A stretch of DNA of 64,000 nucleotides from Eledone cirrhosa (Eukaryota), in the NCBI GenBank assembly GCA_964016885.1, contig OZ024758.1, positions 24,304,001-24,368,000 of the forward strand. Reading direction: 5' to 3'. A model generated the notes under the pieces. It was not told the origin of the DNA and did no database searches. It was given only the letters and a program-made list of their open reading frames with translations. The first letter of the stretch is position 1; every line of letters starts with the position of its first letter. Positions 24,598 to 38,009 of the stretch are shown here, one piece after another. Position numbers and translations under genes: made by a program.

Positions 24598-25180
24598 CAT
24601 AATTGAGTTATGATCACTTGTGAGTGCATTTATGAAACCTAAAAACATACGGATGTCAAGCAATAATCCAGAAATTCCTCATTAGCCACCAAGCGCCTGT
24701 CGACCCAACGAACATATAGTTTAAGTTGTTCTTTGTTGCATGATCGTTATTAGAAACTAGCAGAAAAACCACCCTTTGGGTGGTTTTCTGCTAGCATGCG
24801 TAGTGTACATATTGATATTATACGCAGGTATATATACATGTAGATATACATCAAATTAAATCGTAATTGACAATATGCACAGAAATTGAAGAGAGACTGG
24901 GTTATGCTCTCTTCTGTAATCAGTAAAGTAATCCATGATACATTTATATTATATATAAACTGCATTAGGAGAAAATTAGTGACGGAAATATATGAATGTT
25001 TATTTAAGCGATGTAATAAGTGTTATAATATAACTGGGGCTAACCGGAAGTGTTGACATTTGAACATTTTAAAGAAGTGAATCTTGAAATAGGCAATAAA
25101 ATTATTTACATTTAATCAACAGCTACTAAATTTAGTAGATAAATTATGTAATATTCATTCATTATTTATTCAAAGTAATG

Positions 25181-25370
25181 GGCAGTGGATTGGCAGTATC
25201 GGTAGAGGGTCGGACGCCATGCTTTCCAGCATAGTTACGTCCCTTTACGACCTGAGTTCAAATCCCGCCGAGGTTGACTTTGCCTTTCATCCTTACGGGG
25301 TCGATAAAATAAAGTACCAGTAATGCACTGGGTAATTGCTGGCCTTGTGCCTAAAGTAGAAACAATTATT
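25181..25370 (+). mobile_element. SINE family A, young copy
   Basis: Perfect 18-bp TSD TTATTTATTCAAAGTAAT. Confidence 0.9.
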
Positions 25371-26600
25371 TATTCAAAGTAATCCAACTTATTTTACAAG
25401 TGGGATAAAAAAAATATATTCAGGACGCAGTCGCACACTCCTCCCTTTATTATATTATGATTTCAAAAGGTTTATATATATTCCACCAAGTAGCTAAAAT
25501 GTGAAATTATTGAAATTATCTGCCCTTTTCTTTGAGGGTTGCTAATAATTTCTGTAAGGAGTATTTTGTTTTCTTTAACCAATTAAAGAGTAAATTTCAA
25601 TCAAGTGACAATGTTTTCCATTAATTCAGTACACCACCCCTAAAATTATTTATCTCAAATCAAGATATGGACTCACTTGTATTATTTCGCTTGGGAAATA
25701 ATACAAGTACCAGTAATGTACTGGGTAATTTGCTGGCCTTGTGCCAAAAGTAGAAACAATTATTTCCCTTAGGACGGTGGATTAGAAGTATCGGTAGAGC
25801 GTCGAACAACATGATTTGTAGCATAGAGTTACAGCCCTTTATGTCCTAAGTTCAAATACCGTTGAAGTTAGCTTTTCTTTAACTTTCATCCTTATGTGGT
25901 CGATAAAATAAAGTACCAGTAAAGCACTGGGGTCGATTTAATCGACTTTCCCCTCCCCAAAATGTGTTGACCTTGTGCTTAAATCAGAAACCATGATTTC
26001 CCTTAGTTCATTTTTTAAATTCTGGAATAGTAACTAACGAGTGTGGTACACACTTATGGATCTACCCATTATATATTGAAAATGTCAGGTCAATTTTGTT
26101 ACTCAATCTTTGAACAGGATTTATTCACCCATAATTTTGATTTATAGCTTGACAGTACATGCATGATGTATTTCTTAGTCCCCACTCCACCCTGCACCCC
26201 CCCCCTGCCACCTTTACTGTTGTTCACGTATAACTTAAGTGATTCAAGTCGGTATTCACATGTGGTTTGGTCTGATTTATATCCCTGCTCTCTCACCCCA
26301 CACACCCACCCATCTATTTTAAATAGAACTTGTGTCATTGTTGATATGGAAGTTGTCAGTGTTAAGAATTTCTTGAAGCATTCAATAAATATTGATTTTA
26401 AATGCTGATACTTGAAAAGTATTATAAAACTAGAAAGTTCCAGGCACCATAATTTTCAAAAGTCTTACACACACTTGAGGAATTCTGTTCTTGTTCCCAA
26501 AACACTCATATGTAATTAATTGTTTCTACTTTTGGCACGAGGCCAGCAATTACCCAGTGCATTACTGGTAGTCATATGTAAGTAATAGCAAATAGTTTAA

Positions 26601-27164
26601 CCCTTTAGCATTTAAACCAGCCATATTTGACCAGAATTCTCTCACCTCTTTCTCTTCAAACCAGCCATAACTGGCCACTCATACTCATGTTAAGGTATTG
26701 TTTTCAAAATAGATAATATCAAAATTTCATAGATTCCATATTATTAGATAAAGCCTTTACCATGAAAATACAATAGTATATATAGAGTAATGTAAATGTT
26801 ATGTGAGATAAAGCCTTTACCATGAAAATACAATAGTATGTATAGAGTAATGTAAATGTTATGTGAGATAAAGCCTTTACCATGAAAATACAATAGTATG
26901 TATAGAGTAATGTAAATGTTATGTGAGATAAAGCCTTTACCATGAAAATACAATAGTATGTATAAAGTAATGTAAATGTTATGTGAGATAAAGCCTTTAC
27001 CATGAAAATACAATAGTATATATAGAGTAATGTAAATGTTATGAGATAAAGCCTTTACCATGAAAATACAATAGTATATATAGAGTAATGTAAATGTTAT
27101 GTGAGATAAAGCCTTTACCATGAAAATACAATAGTATGTATAGAGTAATGTAAATGCTAAAGGG
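26601..27164. mobile_element. piggyBac-type MITE with an internal 60-bp tandem array (about 7 copies)
   Basis: TTAA|CCCTTTAGCATTTA ... TAAATGCTAAAGGG|TTAA; unexpanded copies at 32579-32786 and 51326-51546. Confidence 0.85.
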
Positions 27165-29420
27165 TTAAAGTCTGTCTTGAGTTCAGAGACTCATCAGACC
27201 GGTGTTTATCCTGGTTTCTGTGGCATGAGGCAACTGAGAATACAAGACTTCCCCCTGGACAGGACACTAGTCCATTGCAGAATTAAACCCCCAGCCTTTG
27301 CTGGTACACATTTTAGCTGAGTATACTGGAGCAACATGAAATTCCAGCCCAGGAATCAAACCCATGACATTATGATTGTAAGATCAACCCCCTTACCCCT
27401 ATCACTAATAGCAAGTCAAAGCTGCCACCCCTCACTGGACAGGACACCAGTTCATCACAGGGTTAAACTCTCAGCTATTACTGGTACTCATTTGAGCTGA
27501 GTATACTGGAGCAATGTGAAATGAAGTGTTTTGCTCAAGAACACAACACACAACCCAGTCCAAGAATCGACCAAACGACATTATGATTGTAAGATCAACC
27601 CCCTTACCACTAGGCCAAGCACCTTCACTAATAGCAAGGAGATTTCCCCTTAGACAGGACACCAGTTCATCACAGGGTTAAACCCCCAGCTATTGCTGGT
27701 ACACATTTTCTGCTAAGTGTACTGATATGAAGAGTTTTGCTCAAGAACAAAACTAACAACCCAGTCCAGGAATTGAACCCATGATATTATGATTGTAAGT
27801 CCAACAACCTTACCACTGGGCCACATAGCTATTGCTCGTACATAGTTTCTGCTGAGTATACTGGAGCAATGTGAAATGAAGAGCTTTGCTCAAGAACACA
27901 GCACATAACCCAGTCCAGGAATTGAACTCACGACATTATGATCGGAAGTCCAACACCCTTACCACTGGACCACTCCCTTCACTAATAGCAAGTAGGTATA
28001 GCCTTTATTATCGCGAAAGGGGTAGATCACTGTTTGATTATTGTAATCATGTGTTTATTGTCAGAAATTATCAATTGTCATATTCTTGTTTTCCCTGATA
28101 TCATCTCCAGATTTAATTGCTGATTGATATCCCTGTTGTTGAAGTGAAACTTTATATCATTATTATTGAGGTTGACTTTACCTTTCATCCTTACGGGGTC
28201 GATAAAATAAAGTACAGTAATACACTGGGTAGTTGCTGGCCTTGTGCCAAAAGTAGAAACAATTATTATTGCCCCTTTAAAGGCGGTGGATTGGCAGTAT
28301 CGGTAGAGGCTCAGACGCCATGCTTTGTCACATAGACTGACGGCCCTTGCCATTCTGAGTTCAAATCCCGCCGATGTTAACTTTGCCTTTCATCCTTACG
28401 GGGTCGATAAAATAAAGTACCAGTAATGTACTGGGTAATTGCTGGCCTTGTGTCCAAAGTAGAAGCAATTATTATTGCCCCTTCATACACACACACACAC
28501 ACACGCATGCATGTGTCTGAGTATATCATGACTCATACACTGTTCACTTTCCTGACATTTGTAGAGTGTAATTGCTGGCCTTGTGCCAAAAGTAGAAACA
28601 ATTATTCTATGAACTATACAAGCAACTTTGATATGTTATAGTGCACCTGAGCACTATGCACAATAATTTCCACTATATATTGAAAACATATAAAACAATA
28701 TTGAGTTGCCAGTGAATTTACTACCATAATGATGTGCAAATGTTTGGACCAATTATTTTTAATATATATGAATGTATATATAGTGTATTTTGCAATACAC
28801 TGTACGCTTAATTAAAAGCATTTCGAAGACCTTCCACTATTGTTTTAAAGTAGTGACAGTCTCACTTACTTTAAATTTTCAGCAAACAAGGGAGATAAAG
28901 CTGACAGAGCTCTGTTTCGTACTGATTGGTACTTATCAAAGCCAAGTACTCCACCTGTTTGCTGAAAATCATGAATGTTTGATTCTTATAGAATTTCTAG
29001 TCATAATCAGGAACTGATTATACAGAGTGGTTGCCGGTCAAGCAGAAATTGACAATTAAAATTGGCACTCTGAAATAGCTATATATATATGAATGTATAT
29101 ATAGTGTATTTTGCAATACACTGTATGCTTAATTAAAAGCATTTCGAAGACCTTATGCTATTGTTTTAGAGTAGTGACAGTCTCACTATTTTTTCCTTAG
29201 AGAAAAATGTCCTTACTGCAATCATCAAACTGAAAAATTTAGATTGAAATATTGGTTTTTGATTTAGGCACAAGGCTGACAGTTTAGGGAATGGGGAAAG
29301 TCGATTAAATCAACCCCAGAACATTACTGGTACTTTACTTTATTAACCCTGTAAGGATGAAAAGCAAAGCTAACCTCTGCAGAATTTGAACTCAGATTAG
29401 AAAGAGTCATAACTTTATGC

Positions 29421-30139
29421 CAGAGGTTCTCAAACTTTTGGGCCACCACTCTTTTCATGGCCCCATAATGGCCTCAGCCCTCCCCACCAACCTTATTTCC
29501 AGAGAGACCTACCTACACACAAATTGTAAATAATACATCTCATTTCTACAGCTGAGTAAACTGGAGCAATGTGAAATAAAGTGTGTTGTTTCCTTGAGCA
29601 AGACACTTTATTTCACATTGCTCCAGTTTACTCAGCTGTAGAAATGAGATGATAGGGACTGGGGTCCCTATCATTCCACTGCAAAGTGGTCGTGGAGGTG
29701 CCACGGCAAAAAAGCACCCAGCACTCACTGTAAATGAGGTTGGTGTTAGGAAGGGCATCTAGCTGTAGAAATCAAGCCAGAATCAATTCCCATATGAGCA
29801 AGACAAGGTCAGCCATCCAGACACTGCCCCCAAAAGGACAACCCGTCTAACCCATGCTAGCGTGGAAGAACGGACGTAAAACGGTGATGATGATGATGAT
29901 GATGATGATATAATAAATAAAATCGTTAATTTATATATAATAAATAATATAACATATACTATGTATAAATAAATATTATATATTTTTTATTTTACTATAT
30001 TTATATATAATATGTATGATTTGATATTTAATATACTATTGTATCATATCTACCACCCCCACCGCCCCCTAGACCTTCTCAACGCCCCCCCCCCCCCCAT
30101 CCTTTCCGGGACCAGTAGCGCCCATTTTGAGAATCTCTG
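29421..30139. mobile_element. hAT MITE nested in a SINE A and itself containing a SINE C
   Basis: TIR CAGAGGTTCTCAAA / TTTGAGAATCTCTG; TSD CT(T/C)TATGC; host SINE halves at 29253-29420 and 30140-30190; inner SINE at 29537-29908. Confidence 0.8.
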
Positions 30140-31129
30140 CTCTATGCCATAAAGCACGTTATCTGACGCTCCACCGATACTGCCAACCCACTGCTCTTTT
30201 AGCTTGAAATGTTTCCTTGAAGAATTTCCTTTCTTACAGTATACTCCTCCATATGTACGAATGTTATTTATTTGCATGTTACAAAAGTCAAGTGTTATCA
30301 ATCTATTTGTCATTTTCACTAACTAAAGGCTGTATTTCAATATTCAAAAACAGACAAGAAATAAAACAGTAATATATTTGATATTTAATATGTAACATAT
30401 ACAGTACATGTCAGAAGAAAGGAAAAGGAAACTCAAGGAAACAAACAAGTTTAAATGTAAAGTACAACTCAATATTTAAACATACAAATTCACTGATATG
30501 TCATGAACAAAAATGACATTTGACAAAATATATTCTAAAGATAATTTTTTAGGAAGTGTCAACAAGCTAATTCATACTTTATCTTGTAGTTTATACAAAA
30601 TAAAATAAGCAATGTTTAAACATAGAAAAAATTATAAATTTTAACTGAAACCAAAAATGGATATTTCGGAGACAAATATTTGCTATATTTTGTAAGTTAC
30701 TTTTTATGTTAGGGAAGATAATATAAGTATATTTAACAACAAATATACTAAGTCAGCAATTGACTAGTAGATACATCTGAAAATTATTTTATTGGGGAAT
30801 ATGTAATTATTCTATACAAAGCTAGGCAGACATATTATAAATTTTGATGGTGTCAAAAATGTTAATTAAAAAATGATTTCTATTGTAGGCACAAGGCCAG
30901 CAATTTGAGAGGAGGGGGGGGGGGGGGGGGTGATTAAATCAACCCCATTACTGGTGCTTTATTTTATCAACTTCATAAGGATGAAAGGCTAAGCTAACTT
31001 CGACGGTATTTGAACTCAGAATGTCCCACTGAGGTTAGCTTATGCTTTAATAATCCAATGTTTTATAAAGAGACATTTTTGTTATGTATATGTGTATGCA
31101 TGTATGTATGTGTGTGTGTATATATCTAT

Positions 31130-31545
31130 CTAAGGCGGGTAAAATTCCCGAGATCCATGGACGAGTTCTCTCCAGCGGTCTCTGTCCCTCATTATCGCTG
31201 CCATATCCTGCATCTCCAACAGACCAGTGTCTGTCCTTAGGGCATCAACATATGTTAACCTTGGTCTTCCTCTTCTAGTGTGTCCATGTAGGGGCTCCCA
31301 AAGGAGCACTGAGTGCAATGTCAACTCTGGATGTCGGTGAGCATGTCCAGCCAACCTCAGTCTCCTCTGTGTCACTTTTGAGCTGACTTTTGGGATGCTC
31401 CCATACAGCTCTGAGTTTTTCATCCTCAGTGTATACTGATTAATGTTCAGAGCCATCCTCAGCATTCTCGTGTAGCACCCATCCACCATCTGAGTGAGTC
31501 TCTTGGTCAGTGTCCAAGTCTCAGACCCATACAGCAGCACAGTGT
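31130..31545 (-). pseudogene. RTE-clade LINE 3' fragment
   Basis: LLYGSETWTLTK..DGCYTRMLRMALNI..RRLRLAGHAHRH..VLLWEP..RRGRPRLTYVD..DRDRWR. Confidence 0.85.
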
Positions 31546-31568
31546 CACAGCTTGAGATCGGTGTGGAA

Positions 31569-31607
<39 letters not shown>

Positions 31608-31613
<6 letters not shown>

Positions 31614-31857
31614 TAACAGATTAAAGTTTAAGCAAAGAATTGCTGCTTTCACCCTTAACGGGATCTTCTGAAACTAAAAATCTCTTTTTTTTAGTGTCAG
31701 AAGATCCCGTTAAGGGTGAAAGTAGCGATTCTTTGCTTAAACTTTAATCTGTTATTTTAATGAATATTTGTTCTATGGTTTTTATATATTTGATATATAT
31801 ATTATCCTTATCAATCCCTCTTTGGATTTTAGTCTTCAAATTTATTAATATTACTAT
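31608..31857. mobile_element. (TA)n-adjacent fold-back element with ~70-bp inverted arms
   Basis: 31608-31680 is the reverse complement of ~31688-31760 (3 mismatches); the 3' part is related to 38420-38470(-). Confidence 0.6.
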
Positions 31858-31861
31858 ATAT

Positions 31862-32178
31862 CATCATCATCATCATTTTACATCCGCTTTTCCCTGCTTG
31901 CAAGGGTGGGACGGGTCTTATTCAGCACAGCATCTCTCCACTCGTCACGGTCCCTCGTCATCTCCACCGTGAGCTTCAATGATCTGAGGTCTGTTCTCAC
32001 CACCTCCGCCCATGTTTTTCATGGTCTACCTCTACCACGTCTTCCTTCAACTGGCATTTCCTGGCACTTCTTCACCCATCGGTCATCCTCCATGCGCATC
32101 ACATGTCCATACCACCTCAGTCTCCTCTCCCGTACACTACATTCTATCCCTCTCAGACACAGTTTCTCTCTCAACACA
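31862..32178 (-). pseudogene. RTE-clade LINE 3' end with a (GAT)n tail
   Basis: LREKLCLRGI..RERRLRWYGHVMRMEDDRWVKKC..VEGRRGRGRP; related fragment at 47776-48240(-). Confidence 0.8.
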
Positions 32179-32309
32179 TTTATATATATATTACAAACAT
32201 TTATTAAAGTTTGAGCAACAATATAAGACAAAATGCAACTGATGCTTCTGTCTTGTTGAAGCACAAAATTGTTTTAATAACTTTATGAATTATTATTTTT
32301 TAATTCTTC

Positions 32310-32497
32310 GGTGGATTGGCAGTGTCGGTAGAGGGTCGCACGCCATGCTTTGACGCATAGAGTTACTGCCCTTGCCATTCTGAGTTCAAATCCCGCCGAG
32401 GTTAACTTTGCCTTTCATCCTTACGGGGTCGATAAAATAAAGTACCAGTAATGCACTGGGTAATTGCTGGCCTTGTGCCAAAAGTAGAAACAATTAT
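32310..32497 (+). mobile_element. SINE family A
   Basis: TSD ATTATTTTTTAATTCTTC. Confidence 0.9.
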
Positions 32498-33037
32498 TTT
32501 TTAATTCTTCATCCAAACTTTCATATTTCTTCATCATCCAATGTTGTTTCTAGACTGAACTTCAAACAACAAAATTACCTCTTTAGTATTTAAACTGGCC
32601 ATATCCAGCCAGAATTGTCTCACCTTTTTCTGTTCAAACCAGCTGTAACTGGCTGTTCATACTTATGTTAAAGTATTTTTCTCAAAATAAATAATATCAA
32701 AATCTCATAGATTTGATATCATATGAGGTAAAGCCTTTACCATGAAAATATAATAGTATATATAGAGTAATGTAAATGGTAAAGGGTTAAATGCCTTAAA
32801 AAGTTGCTGGGTCTAAATCAATGTAACTGTGAATATTAGGGAACAATACCAATTGCTGATTAACAAACCTATCCAACCCACACCAATCTCTTTTAACATT
32901 ACTATTTCCCAAATATTACACAAGTTACATTAGCTATGGATTTAATCTCTAACATATGCTCATACCATTACACCAAATTTTTCGATATTGGTATCAGTTT
33001 GATCAAGAAAATGGCGATTATATATATACACACACAC

Positions 33038-33070
<33 letters not shown>

Positions 33071-33485
33071 CTTTTTTGCTTGGTTGTTCGTTTTGTTTTG
33101 TTTTTTCTAATGAAAACATTATAAATGCAATATAATTATTTCCAAAATAATTTTGGATAAAAAGCAAAAAGCATTTGCAAAGAAAAACGTTTATGGAGTT
33201 TAAACTTTATGGGAGATTTTCAGATGAAAAGATCAATAAAATTCGATTTCGATTAGGTTATATTATAAGATTTTGTGGAAGCCAGCACTGACAATTATAA
33301 CAACAATATCATTGTTTATGATAAAATACAAAAAAAAAATACTTTCCAATAATTAAAAATACTTCTGGAAATATATATTCTAAAAAATAGAACTTTCAAA
33401 AGCATTTTAAATAATATATATGTGTGTGAGTGTGAGTGTGTGTGTGTAAAAGAAATCAAAGAACGCTTACATACTCAAACACTTT

Positions 33486-33543
33486 TTATTTGCTGACAAT
33501 GTTTCATCCATACCGTTAGGCAGGAATCATCAGAGCTTAATAA
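33486..33543 (-). ncRNA. Type I hammerhead ribozyme motif (family H2, in a PLE-like fragment 33450-33788 between (GT)n and (TA)n)
   Basis: Minus strand reads TTATTAAGCT CTGATGA TTCCTGCC-TAAC-GGTATGGAT GAAAC-ATT-GTC AGCAAATAA. Confidence 0.7.
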
Positions 33544-33787
33544 ACAAAAATACAGTGCTGAGTATAGGCTCAGCCAAGCTTAGTCACACAAACAATTGGA
33601 ATACAATAGAGGGTAAAAATAGGGAGATCGGAGATGATGAATTAGGAGAGAGTACATAATGGGGGTATTTATTAAGCAGTACAGCTAAATGCTAGGGTAC
33701 AGGCAGATTTTTTCACAAGATGCAGATGCAAGTGATGGCACACAAAAGCAAAAAGTATAAACAATGGTTAAAACATATAATAAAAAA

Positions 33788-33830
<43 letters not shown>

Positions 33831-33837
33831 TATATTT

Positions 33838-34319
33838 AGGTTTGTTGGTTCATCACTAGAAGTGGTCATTCCATATGGTCAACCTCGATGTAATATTAGG
33901 GAGAGCACTCAACGTAATGCAACTCACCCGTCTTCGTTTGTGTAGTTGGTGGTGCGAGTACGGAGTTAATTATTATAAAATTACAGGAGACTGGACTGGT
34001 GTAAATCCTTGAAAGGTTTATTATACTATGATCATTTCAATGACCGGGTTCAGTATGAATCCGGTGACATCAGGTATTCAAAACATAAAGGAATATAACA
34101 GATAAAATCTTGAGGGCGGCCGACCGAGGTAGAAGCTGCTAAATAGTCGGTCGTCTTCTTGTCTCTGATTTTCAACCCCATGGATTTTATCTGTTATATT
34201 CCTTTGTTATATTTTGAATACCTGATGATGTCACCGGATTCATACTGAACCCGGTCATTGACATGATCATAGTATAATAAACCTTTCAAGGATTTACACC
34301 AGTCCAACCTCATGTTATT

Positions 34320-34322
<3 letters not shown>
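33838..34322. mobile_element. (TA)n-embedded element (family H3) with ~120-bp inverted arms, each holding a damaged hammerhead
   Basis: Arms at 33993-34109 and 34183-34305. Consensus ATAC CTGATGA TGTCACCGGATTCATACTGAACCCGGTCATT GAAA T-GATC-A TA GTAT. The minus copy (34023-34077) lacks 3 nt of core; the plus copy (34218-34275) has GACA. Confidence 0.75.
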
Positions 34323-34566
<244 letters not shown>

Positions 34567-35574
34567 GGTGAAATATAAAATCGATGTGTTAATGATTAAT
34601 ACCTTCAGTTTTGAACTACTTTTTATTTTGTATTTTTTAATAAGTGCCCTAGCAGTTTATATATCTATATATCTAAACCAGAGAATGTCTGTCTGTCTGT
34701 ATATATAGCGTGTGTGTATATATATATATAGTGTGTGTAACGTTTTTCGAAATATTTACTTCTGCGTTCACACAGATCCCGTTAAGTTATCACAGTACCC
34801 CCCCCCCCCTCCTCCATCAATCAACCATCTCTCAGTCCTCACCTCCTGTGGCTACCCATACTTTTCTCTCCTCTCCTCTCTATCATGGCACCTACTATCA
34901 CTGGACACATTCACTCTATATTTATATATGATTTAGTCCCCACCCCCACCAGTACTCGCCAACCCTTGTCATGCTTCAGCTGTTATCTACTCCACCAACA
35001 AATAACATACCCCCACCACACTCACAACCACATTAGCTCCTTCTCTGTCCTCACTACTGATCACATTTCCTTGTAACAAGATGCTCTCCCTTTCATTTTG
35101 TCTCCATTCATCACATTTGAAGGCGTGTGGCTGAGTGGTTAGAGAATTGGATTCCTAATCGTGAGGTTGTGAGTTTGATTCCCAGACCGGGCGATGCGTT
35201 ATGTCCTTGAGCAAGACACTTTATTTCACGTTGCTCCTTCTACCTGGAGTTGCGACCGATAGAAAGTACTAGCAATTGGAAAGACCAACGGAAACATTGT
35301 TTCCTCGGTCCGATTTGACGAAAGTCGATCGACTGTCATCACATTAGCCTTGGGACATGACCTTCTTTGATAAAACAACAAAAAACAACACAAAACCCAC
35401 TACCTGCCATAAAGTGGTTTGTATTTGAGCAGAACAATGTAGAAAGGACAAGACAACCTCTCTAGATCTGGTGCCATGATAAAATGTATTCAATGCATTC
35501 TGTAAAGTGGTTAACATTAGGAAGAGTATCCAGCTGTAGAAACGAAGCCAAAAATGGAATGTATCTGAATGTGA

Positions 35575-35835
35575 TCATCATCATCATCATCATCACCGTT
35601 TTACGTCCGTTCTTCCACGCTAGCATGGGTTAGACGGGTTGTCCTGTTGTGGGCAGTGTCTGGTCGGCTGACCATGCCTTGCTCATACAGGAACTGATCT
35701 GGCTTGATTTCTACAGCTGGATGCCCTTCCTAACACCAACCTCATTTACAGTGAGTGCTGGGTGCTTTTTCGTGGCGCCTACACGTCCACTTTACAGTGT
35801 GGGCTGGGTGCTTTTTTGCCGTGGCACCTCCACGA
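35575..35835 (-). mobile_element. SINE family C 3' part (Nin/Deu-like domain plus (GAT)n tail)
   Basis: CAGCTGGATGCCCTTCCTAACACCAACC; tail CCGTTTTACGTCCGTTCTTCCACGCTAGCATGGGTTAGACGGG. Confidence 0.75.
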
Positions 35836-36533
35836 CCACCTTGCGGTGGGGGGGGGGGGCATATTGTTTATATGCTTCAGCATGTACCCATGGGAGGTCG
35901 GGTACCCTGTATTACTGCGTGACGCCAGAAGTCACGGTCGTGTGTCATTGACTTTGAGAGGTGTAGTTGGGTAAGGTCGGCTTTTATCACCTCATCCCAA
36001 GTCATCTTGGGTCTCCCCACTCCGCGGTTTCCATCAACTTCTATGGTTCCCTAACCTGTCCGTAAGAACAGTAACACCAATTAATTACTGACACAGTCTA
36101 TAATGAGGACCCATCCAATCCATGCCAGCATAGACAAAAACGGAATTAAAATAATGATCTCTCTCTGTCCAGAAGTCCGACGAGCTTTTGATTCCAGAGG
36201 CGGGCAAGATCAATATAGATCGAACCTGATCAATCATGAAACACATGTCACCCCTTCAATAAATGGAAGGTGACTACAATGTTACCAGTAGTAACAAGTA
36301 GAGTGATATAAGACTTATTTTATCAAATAATTGTTTCTATTTTTGGCACAAGGCCAGCAATTATCCCAGTGCATTACTGGTACTTTATTTTATCGACCCC
36401 GTAAGGATGAAAGGCAAAGTCAACCTCGGCGGGATTTGAACTCAAACCATAAAGGGACGTAACTCTTTGCTGCAAAGCATGGCGTCCGACCCTCTACCGA
36501 TACTGCCAATCCAGTCATCAGGATACATTAAAT

Positions 36534-36995
36534 ATATATATTCAGTAGCACTATAAATGCTATATAGTCTGGTGTTAACAGTAATATATACATATTCAGT
36601 AGCACTATAAATGCTATATAGTCTGGTGTTAACAGTAATATATATATATTCAGTAGAACTATAAATGCTATATAGTCTGGTGTTAAAAGTAATATATATA
36701 TATATTCAGTAGCACTATAAATGCTATATAGTGTAGTGTTAACAGTAATATATTCAGTAGCACTATAAATGCTATATACTGTGGTGTTAACAGTTATATA
36801 TTCAGTAGCACTATAAATGCTATATAGTGTAGTGTTAACAGTAATATATTCAGTAGCACTATAAATGCTATATACTGTGGTGTTAACAGTTATATATTCA
36901 GTAGCACTATAAATGCTATATACTGTGGTATTAACAGTAATATATTCAGTAGCACTATAAATGATATATATACTGTGGTGTTAACTGCAATATAT
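36534..36995. repeat. ~48-56-bp minisatellite, about 9 copies
   Basis: Unit ATATTCAGTAGCACTATAAATGCTATATAGTCTGGTGTTAACAGTAAT with variable (TA)n. Confidence 0.9.
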
Positions 36996-37399
36996 ATTTA
37001 ATAGTATATAGTATCAGTAAATCTAACTACTAATATATGATGATCTAAGAGAGTTTGAAAAGCAAAATTAACTTCAGTGGGAAAATTGAATTGATAAAGA
37101 CTGAAGCACTAAACCAGATACTATATAGCATCATATTTAACTGTCTATTAACTGCACCAAATCAACTTTATTTTATGTAGAATGTTGTTAAAACTTCTAC
37201 AATGGTGTTGTTGTTGTTGTTGCTGGTGATGCTAGATATCTGATGAGGTCTAATTGAACAGAGTTGAGTGATCAAATAAATGTAAACAAAAGCAAGATAG
37301 GATGGCTTTAATCTTTCTAGCTATGATCATCTTGATCTTGTTGAAGGATTAGAAGCTCACTTCCATTTTATAGCCAGTAAAGTGGGGATGATTTAGTTG

Positions 37400-37690
37400 C
37401 TAAATACCGCTGCGTATGGCAACATATACGCCATGGCAGGAACAAACAACAAGCCAGGAACTTTATCAGGTTTCAGATAAGATACAGCAATCAAGGATGA
37501 ATCTCGCTGGTCACTGCATACGTCATGATGAGGAAATCACGAACAAGCTGGAGTTCTGAAAGCTAACAAAGGTAGGAGGACTGTCACTTAACATCAACAC
37601 TTTACTGAGAGATATTGGAGTGGACAACACACAAGAGCTGAGGACACTTATGGTGGTCAGATAAGACTGGGGGATGAGTACGAATTCTGT
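37400..37690 (+). pseudogene. Degenerate RTE-clade LINE fragment
   Basis: VSDKIQQSRMNLAGHCIRHDEE..GRRTVT..INTLLRDIG..ELRTLM..DW, with stops; parallels the 31130 fragment. Confidence 0.65.
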
Positions 37691-38009
37691 GGTGACATAC
37701 AAGAGGATGACCAAATTGAAAATGGAAATATAAGTGAGTTTGTAGAAACTTCTTTAGTCAGTGCAACACTACATTCAACTCTGAAAGTATAATACAACAA
37801 GGAATCATCATTATCATCATTATCATCATTATCATCGTTTAATGTCCATTTTTAACGCTAGCATGGGTTAGATGGGTTGTCCCATTTGAGGCAAGTTGAG
37901 TCAGGTGACCGTGTGACAAATTTTTTTTATAAGCACAAAATGTAGACACCATCCCGAGGCTAAGGTATTCCGTACTTCTCTGTACTGTTATATATAATTA
38001 TATATATAT

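Noticed and set aside
31690-31735. Hammerhead in the fold-back arms
   Set aside because: Core reads CAGAAGA in both arms and no proper helix III/UH follows GAAA.
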